Source: Octopus vulgaris (Eukaryota). From it: a DNA stretch of 64,000 nt. The notes under the pieces are model-generated. The model made no database searches. It saw only the letters and a program-made list of their open reading frames with translations, and had not been told where the DNA came from. The translations under genes were made by a program, and so were the position numbers. Location: positions 69,440,001 to 69,504,000 of the forward strand of contig OX597825.1 in NCBI GenBank assembly GCA_951406725.2, given 5' to 3'. Shown here in pieces: positions 55,228 through 64,000 of this stretch. The first letter of the stretch is position 1. Each line of letters opens with the position of its first letter.

Positions 55228-56397
55228 CATACACACACACACACACATATCAATGCGTATTTCTTTCTCTCTCTCTCTCTCTATCTATCTATCTGTCTGT
55301 CTGTCTATATATCAACGAAGCTAAAAATTGAGTGATAGAGAAGACGAGAGATGGAATTTACCAAAATATACAATTATGTTCCAAGAGGATGGGAAATAGG
55401 CTATAATCTTAGAGAAAATATTGTTCAGTATGCAAAACACCGAGATATTACTGTCAAGTAATGTCAAATAAGATTGTCACTTTCTTGTCATTCTAGATTA
55501 TACAAATATATCTGAATATATCAGTCTAGAAAGAAACATATCTAAAATAATAGCAATGAACAGAGAAACAAACTACAAACAAACTTCGAAGGTGAAGTAT
55601 ATATGACAAAAAGAAGAGAGAAGAGAACATTTTAAGATCTGAATATACATTAGAAGATGGTCCCTTGATTTTGAACACCTGATAAACGCAACAAACAACA
55701 CGGCCTGCAGTGCTCAAAGTTGTTTAGTTTGTAAGCGATGCAGAGAAATAAGAAGTTCGGGTATTATGAACTGTATGCATACATCAAGCACTAGACTCGA
55801 CTATCAATAACTTTTATAGGTTTCTCTTTTTATATCTTTTTATTCATAATTAGACGGTTTTGTGCTGCTGATTCGGAAAATATTTCTGCCGATGTGAAGT
55901 TGCCTAACTTTCAACTTTCTTCAAATCTCGGTCCTTTTTACTACGCTTTTTGTCAAATCGGATTCGATAAACCAGCAATACTATATGGAGTTCTATACTG
56001 TATTTATGCCTCTGTTCCTGTCTACTTGGTCAGTGACTTTGTAACAAATACTGGAATTTAGTAGAAGATTTTAAAAATGTGTTGGCGTTTCTTTTATGCT
56101 GTGCTCAATGGTTTGTTAAAAATTTCATAGAAATACTTCGCTCTTTGATGCTGCTGACGAAATTCAGCGACAGTTTCACCGTGTTCACATTTATTCACAC
56201 AAATTATTGTAAACTTCAACGATTCATTAACTAGTGTTGTTTTAAGAATTTGTTAAGAAGGATTGTAAACGATTATTCCTCGAGCTTTTGACATTTACTT
56301 CGTGTTAGTTATAAATGTGATTCTCTTGCTGGATAGAAAAGAAAACTACAATATTTTCACTGGAATCTCTAAGTATCATGAAATACTAAACAACACA

Positions 56398-56741
56398 AAG
56401 GCGATCTGGCAAAATCCTTAACACACCCAGCACAAAGCTCAGCGGCATTTCTTCTGTCTTTACGTTCTGAGTTCAAATTTTGCCGAGGTCTACTTTGCCT
56501 TTCATCCTTTCGGGGTCGATTAAATAAGTACCAGTTACGCACTGGAGTCGATATAATCGACTTAATCTGTTTGTCTGTCCTTGTTTGTTCCCTCTGTGTT
56601 TAGCCCCCTGTGGGTAGTAAAAAAATAGGTATTTCGTAAGTACCAGTTACACACTGGGGTCGATATCATCGCCTTAATCCGTTTGTCTGTCCTTGTTTGT
56701 CCCCTCTGTGTGTAGCTCCTTGTGGGCAGTAAAGAAATAAG
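56398..56741 (+). mobile_element. SINE family A dimer with an internally deleted second unit
   Basis: The second unit starts gtatttcgt (56629), then jumps to aagtaccag. Confidence 0.85.
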
Positions 56742-57041
56742 AAACCGTAATGCCACTCCATCTCGTTAGATAGTAAACATAAGCTAACATTTTACATTAT
56801 TTATTACCTTGTATATAACCGGAAAGTCCAATGGTCATTGGCCGAAATTTATTTGACCATAAAAATAAAGAATAATAACACCACCACAGCCTGCAAAAGT
56901 AATATCTGTCAATGAAGCATTACAATTTCTATAATTTCTATAGTAATCGAAATATTTAATAGGCTTTAAATATGCCGTGCATCGATACACAATTGAATCA
57001 AAGCGGAAACGACTTAAGACTGTATACTTCACTTCTTGATA

Positions 57042-57212
57042 GGCGTAGGAGTGGCTGTGTGGTAAGTAGCTTGCTTACCAGCCACATGGTTCCAGGTTCA
57101 GTCCCACTTCGTGGTACCTTGCGCAAGTGTCTTCTACTATAGCATCGAGCCGACCAAAGACTTGTGAGTGGATTTGGTAGAGAGAAACTGAAAGTAGCCC
57201 GTCGTATATATG

Positions 57213-57252
<40 letters not shown>

Positions 57253-57486
57253 GTATGTGTTTGCTAATTGTTCTGTGTCTGTGTTTGCCCCCCAACATCG
57301 CTTGACAATCGATGCTGGTGTGTTTAGGTCCCTGCAACTTAGCGGTTCGGCAAAAGAGACCGATAGAATAAGTACTAGGCTTGTAAAAAATAAGTACTAG
57401 GTTCGATATGCTCGACTAAAGGCGGTGCTCCAGCATGACCACAGTCAAATGACTGAAACAAGTAAAAGAGTAAAAGAGTAAAGAGT
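57042..57486 (+). mobile_element. SINE family B, full length (tRNA head, CORE-like domain, internal microsatellite, (TAAAAGAG)n tail)
   Basis: A-box gtggctgtgtggt, B-box ggttcagtcc, CORE-like accttg(g/c)gcaagtgtctt. Confidence 0.9.
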
Positions 57487-57564
57487 ATATGTTATATCCC
57501 GTATTATGACGACATAAATTCGTCGTCTGCGAGACTGGCCCGAACAGTGTACCTCGCTGGCTGC

Positions 57565-58830
57565 TTTTCTTTATTTGGCACCCAGGCCATTAACGTAGAG
57601 GGGACAAAACAAGGACATACAGAGCACCACAGTGGGGTTAAAAAACATAAAAACGAATGAAAAAAGAGAAAATGTATAATCAAACCCATGGTGATGAAAT
57701 GGCTGCATGCGCCCCATTCACATGCCTTACCATTTGAACGTTCTTACTTTCACTTTGTAATATTTTTCTTTTTTCTTTATTTTTTCACTGTTAGCATCAT
57801 TTTGTTTACTCTTTTTTCCTTTTTTTTAAAAACAAAAATATTTTCTTTCTTTTTTTTTAAATATCTTATGCAAGGCTATAGTTCATTTAATTGTACTCCT
57901 GGCGGCAGTTCGTCGAACTCCACCAAAAATCCCGGCTGCTCAATTTGGCACTTTTCCTTCAACTTGTTATATTTTTCTTTATCGATTAAAATAGCTTTTA
58001 CATTTTCACCGTACATCTTCTTGGGCACCTTAACCCTTATAACAGATTTAGGCTTGGTTATCATTTTTTCCGCATTTATTCTTTTTGCATATGTCCTGAA
58101 ATTCCATGGCAAACAAACAATTCCTGTTTGTTTGCCATGTTCCACTCTTGGCCCCTCCGCCTCCATCCTAGTTAGTATCGCTGTTTCTTCTCGTTGCTGT
58201 CCTAAAAAATCCTCCTCCATAATCTCCTTCTCAACCTCCTTTTCTACCTCTTTCTCGACCTCCTTTGCAACATCCTTTACGACTTTCTTTTCAACCTCCT
58301 TTACGACTTCCTGTCCATCTCTTTATCTGCTTCTTTTTTTTCTTTTTCTGTCTCTCCGGCAGAGAACCCATTCTTTCTTTCCTCTTTCGTTTTTGAACCA
58401 CTTCAAATTCCTCCTCTATTCCTATTGTTTCCTTCGCATCTTCCTACACCACATCATTCACCCTCAGACTGTTCCATCTCGTATTCGTTCTCTTCTCACT
58501 GGGGGCATCTCGCCGTCATGTGGCTTTTCTCGCCACACAGGTAGCATATGGGAGGCCTACCCTCCACTACCACTCTCAATCTCATATCTTTGGGTAGAAT
58601 AATTTCTTCTGGAATTTTATTCATGTCATACTTGCCTATACTGCCATCTCGATTCCGTAGTTCACTCTTTTCGTTCTTGTTACTCTCAGGATTTTCGCAT
58701 CTTCCTCCATATTATACATGACTTCTGCAACCAAAAAGGTTTCATTCAAATCCGGTGGCACTTTTCCTACCATCACTCTGACAACTCGCTTGCCACAGTA
58801 TGTTGGTAGGAGCACTCACTCTTTGGATTT
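57565..58830 (-). mobile_element. ORF1-only (gag-like, CCHC knuckle) non-LTR retroelement remnant, Tx1/L1-like
   Basis: Minus strand reads VLLPTYCGKRVVRVMVGKVPPDL...IPEEIILPKDMRLRVVVEGRPPICYLCGEKSHMTARCP (CX2CX4HX4C at 58505-58546), then a K/E-rich linker and a C-terminal domain ending at 57876, then a 3' tail similar to SINE A. Confidence 0.78.
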
Positions 58831-59713
58831 TATGGCATAATTAATAATAATTAACAAACGATAACTTAGAACCTGTAGAGATATCAAATATTAAAATGTA
58901 GAAACTTGAGGTAATTTTAGGGGTCTCAATAAATCCAAATTTCTGATAAAATCTTTAACATTAAGTGTAAAATCCTATATGAGTGTGAGTGTGTATCATG
59001 GAGATATGAAGACCTAGCAAGAGAGATAACTGTAAAATTTTCCTTTCGTAATTAGTCCACTTGGAATTGAAATATAAACTAGAAAGCTTGCAGAGTAGTA
59101 CGAGCCTGTATTCTTCAAGAAGCTTACGAATGCTATTTGACATTTAATGAGATTTGTTGTAATCAAATCACCAGATACTTAAATTGGCATGTTAGTAAAG
59201 TTATTTGGCGTAGATGAGCCAGTAAATTATATTGACCCTAATAATTGATTGGTACTCGAGTTTGTGGACATTGTTGGAAGTATGGAAGGTAAAATCAAAT
59301 TCAGATTTATTGAGCTTAGTTATTGACTCAGAGCTATGGGCCTCAGATGAGTTAAAGATAAACTCCACAATAAAGGGAATTAGTATTCATAAAACCAACT
59401 TGGCATGAGTTTGTGTATGAATAGTTAACAAATTCAGAGTGATTAGAAGAGATGCACTTCACAATTGTTGCGAAGTCGGTGTGAAGCATGACGTGGAAAA
59501 TAGAATATTTGTTTCTGAGTACTGTTGCTAGACACAAATGTATCGAGGCCCTCGCAGGTGAGCTTTAATTTTATGGCGGAGACTGACGAAATGAATGCCT
59601 TTATTTCGATTTAATACGTGCCAGGACGGAGATAAACAGTGAGAATATTTCTGAGAGCTCGGCAATCAGGTGTCTGTCAGTTGGTTTATGCTAATCAGTG
59701 AGTGAAAACGTTC

Positions 59714-59947
59714 TTATTTCTTTATTCCCCACGAGGGTCTACACACAGAGGGGACAAACAAGGACAGACAAAGGGATTAAGTCGATTATATCGACCCCAG
59801 TGGGTAACTCGTACTTAATTTATCGACCCCGAAAGAATGAAAGGCAAAGTCGAACTCGGCGGAATTTGAACTCAAAACGTAGTGGCAGACGAAATACGGC
59901 TACACATTTCGCCCAGCGTGCTAACGTTTCTGCCAGCTCGCCGCCTT
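59714..59947 (-). mobile_element. SINE family A monomer
   Basis: Reverse complement of the full consensus. Confidence 0.92.
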
Positions 59948-61669
59948 ATGTTCTGAGTGTGGCAGGTATATATCTATGTGTTTGGTTTTCTAGATGCAAG
60001 CAATACCCAAGTTTCAACCACCTCAACCTTCATGGCTTCAACAGTTGAATTTCACAGTTTCAACAATGAGATTCAAACTGTTTATCTTCTGCTTTATGTC
60101 CTGATTGTCCACATTCTCTCATTTATTCAATTATATGAAATGTTATTTATTTTTTAATTGGAAAGGAAGGCGATGTCCATGACACGTATAGAAGCGTCGA
60201 GGCTAGAGAGTAGAAAGAACAAAGGCATCCCGAAATCGTACACCTTGCACGAATGCTGAAAACAGAGTGAATTTCATTAAAGTCACCTCTGGTGACGGGA
60301 GGTGGGTGTTATGCTGGATGAAGGGTAAAGCCTTCCACAAAAGTAGACTACATCGAAAGTTGAATTAACGCAAATAACTGGAAGAAGTACCGGGAATTAC
60401 CCCGGATAATACACTTCCGCTAATCTTAGATTAGTACAATATTTTCTCGATCTCGAAAGTTTGAAAGTCAAAGTTGACCTCGGCGGGACTTCAACTCATG
60501 AAATTACTTTAGCAAGTTAAAATATATTAAATTATCATGTAATTCTAGATCAAAAAATGTTATGTGAGGGTTTTGCCACTGTGATCATTCACGTATTCAA
60601 ACATGACTAATAAAATCGGAAAGTGCAAATGTAGTTATATATAATCCAAACACTTAAAATATAACCTTAATTATATCACCAATAATCACGTGTACGAATC
60701 AATATTTATTTCATAGACCAGATAGCAATTATATCGCTCAAATCGGATTTTAAAAACGATAAGGAACCGCGCATGAGAACTTTTTATATCCATCAATTGA
60801 TAATTTAATATATTTCACACAAGGTTTAAATTAGTGAAATTTTGTGTAAAAATGTAATTCAATAGAATAGAAAATTTATAAAAAAATATAAAAAGAGATT
60901 GCTTTTTGGTGTGGTTCAATTTTGGTTTTGTAACCAACAGACTCAAATTTGTTTTTGTTTCTGTTCATACTTCTAATTTGAGCTTCGCACTGTACAAATG
61001 TGAGTGGGTTTACACACGCACACTCACGCACACAAAGACACACACAGACACACACAGACACACACGGACACATAGACACACACACATGCACACACAAACA
61101 CACACACGCACGTACTTCAAAAAAATTATTGAAAAGGCGTGAATATTATCCAATTTGAACCGAACGAATTCTAATTTATTTGCTGCACTGGTTTTCTGAT
61201 TTAAAAAAAAAATTATTCCAGACAGTTAAAAGAGCCCGTATTTAGAATTACATGGCTATCTCTGTGTTATATCCATAAAGATACTAATAAGATACTAATA
61301 AAATTCTCTATCATATCTCTCTACCTACCCGTGAAACCTTAACTTGTGCACACAGAGATTTCTTATTGCAGGATATGAGGTTACTGCATTTTTAGCAGAT
61401 GTTCATTTGATATGAGCTCTAAATGCTGATGGTAGTATTTTCATCCTTTTCTCGTTATTAGTCGTTGTACTATGTCACATGGGGGCACTACCCTGAAAAG
61501 CTTAATTGGATAAATGGACACCAGTTCTTACTTTTTTAAGGCTTGGTACTTAATCTATCTGTCTCTTTTGAAGTAGCGCCACGTTTGGATGACGCAAACA
61601 AACGAAATGTTAGGAATTACAAAGCCGCGCACATATACTCACAGTTTCCGTTTACCAACTCAGATGACA

Positions 61670-61900
61670 TACAAAACCGCTTATTCTCAAAGCCACTCAG
61701 GAAAACCTTATAGAACTAAACAAGTTTTGATTCAGCCCCTGACCCACCTGATCTTGCTCCATCTGATTATCCTCTTTTCTGGTCATCGCAAAAGTATTTA
61801 GAGGGATAATTTTGCCCTTAAGAGAACAATTCTTCAAATACATGCGATATTTTATTAATAAAGGGTAGGTGGGGAGAAATATGTTGATTGAATATATCAA
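61670..61900 (+). mobile_element. Old mariner C-terminal fragment
   Basis: PPDLAPSDYPLFWSSQKYLEG* at 61744-61809, matching the YSPDLAPSDYHLF motif. Confidence 0.75.
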
Positions 61901-61994
61901 TGAAAACTAATCATTTAATCCTTTCTCATCTAAATGCAACAAAAATTTCTATACATATACACACCCACAGATATATGTATACTATATATATACA

Positions 61995-62425
<431 letters not shown>

Positions 62426-62489
62426 GCATATATGGCTGATCATTGGTAAGGAAATACACACAAATAAGAAAGAAGAAAGCAAAGGACCA

Positions 62490-62538
62490 CTGATGAGGTC
62501 AGAAGTTTGACGAAAGAACTTGGGCCGAAATACGATTA
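62490..62538 (+). ncRNA. Partial hammerhead-like core
   Basis: CTGATGA-ggtc-ag-aagtt-loop-aactt-g-ggcc-GAAA-tacga. Core and stem II are canonical, but no stem I partner is found downstream. It lies between (TA)n tracts. Confidence 0.4.
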
Positions 62539-63451
62539 ATGTAAAAAATAATATATATATATAGTAGTAACATCGATTGAAAATACGCAGTGAAATTTCC
62601 GTGAGGGCTGGAAAACCCGGCACTGCAGAGAGAGTCCCTTCGCAGGGAATGCAAATAAATGAGAGACTAGAGTTTTACATCCTCTAATTAAAAGAAAACA
62701 TTTTCATACAGGCTAATGTACAGTAAATACTGTACTGATGTTGAAATATGTGTATATGTATACTAATATATTAGTACTGTAGCCTTCCAAACGATTTCAG
62801 CTTAAATTTTCATGTTTCCTGTACATGGGTATATAATGATGACTGTGTGAGAAATTCAGCTAGTGTGTCTAGGATTATCTGCATTTTCCCCCGCAAAATA
62901 GACCAGCCAGATTATAGGCTCGTGCGCCTTTCATACCCCAAAATATATTCATTATTTTGTTTATTCAAATGATAGGGTAATTATATGGTAACTTGAAGGC
63001 AATTTCTCCGTTTATAAAATTTACATTTATCTGGTCTACACACCAATTAAATAAATAAGCAAAAATATAAAATTTAAACTAATCGATTAGAAGTGCTTGG
63101 AGTCTGCATATTATAAATTAGAAAAAACAGTTGCATAATCTTAAAGTGTATATTTTATTATTGCATTAATATACAAGCAACAGTTGAAAATGTCAGAAAA
63201 AAGACGCCATATTTTACGAACTATTGCATTATATATTCAGATATTAGAATGATTTTCATTAACGGTGTTTCTATTTCTGTAACATAAAGTAAACCGTTTT
63301 CTTCGAATTCATAAAAAAGATAGATTAGTATTCTAAATGCTTATATTTTAAGTTGTGATTATTTAATGTAAGAAATGTTATGTAAATATTGGAAATTATT
63401 CCCGGGTTTTATCCATAATAACACTCATGTTTAGACAGTTTCTCTGTACTT

Positions 63452-63671
63452 TTTTACTCTTTTACTCTTTTACTTGTTTCAGTCATTTAACTGCGGCCAT
63501 GCTGCAGCACCGCCTTTAGTCGAGCAAATCGACCCCAGGAGTTATTCTTTGTAAGCCTGGTACTCATTCTATCGGTCTGTTTTGCCGAACCGCTAATGTT
63601 ACGGGGTGGTAACCACACCAGCATTGGGGGACAAACACAGATAAATAAACACACACACACACACACACACC

Positions 63672-63759
<88 letters not shown>

Positions 63760-63923
63760 CGACGGGCTTCTTTCAGTTTCCGTCTACCAAATCAACTCAC
63801 AAGTATTTGGTCGTGCCCGAGGCTATAGTAGAAGACACTTGCCCAAGGAGCCACACAGTGGGACTGAACCCGGACCCATGTGATTGGTAAGCAAGCTACT
63901 TACCACACAGCCACTCCTGCCCC
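63452..63923 (-). mobile_element. SINE family B, full length
   Basis: Reverse complement of 57042-57486 with an expanded internal (CA)n(TA)n. Confidence 0.9.
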
Positions 63924-64000
63924 TATGCATACATTTGCGTTATCGCGTTTATACCTCTTGTTTTTGCTTCCAATGGTCTGCTAACACATATTTGTTTTGT

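Noticed and set aside
57688-58602. Longest ORF in the track (304 aa, plus strand)
   Set aside because: It is the F/S/L-rich antisense shadow of the purine-rich minus-strand ORF1 remnant.

Overview
AT-rich, microsatellite-saturated eukaryotic DNA with no host protein-coding exon that I can support. The repeat repertoire points to an octopus (cephalopod) intergenic or intronic region; this is an inference. Almost all ORFs in the supplied track are translations of (TA)n/(CA)n/(TATC)n/(CTT)n/(TAA)n tracts or of SINEs. The real content is transposon debris: five tRNA-headed SINE families (including nested, dimeric and trimeric copies with target-site duplications), RTE, RTE-X, CR1-like and R4/Dong-like LINE fragments, decayed mariner transposons, two non-autonomous Helitrons, a hAT MITE and one 100-N gap. 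Main unexpected signals: (1) about eleven type-I hammerhead-ribozyme-like motifs with palindromic stem III, carried by several unrelated small non-coding elements that mostly sit in or beside microsatellites and show inverted or partial-tandem terminal repeats (Penelope-like/retrozyme architecture), with recurrent non-canonical core bases; (2) an ORF1-only zinc-knuckle retroelement whose 3' tail matches the tail of the most abundant SINE; (3) head+(body)n multimers of that SINE with position-specific variants and a self-complementary junction; (4) short exact copies of nearby sequence captured inside (TA)n or hairpin sites. All motif calls were made by eye and need covariance-model and repeat-library confirmation.
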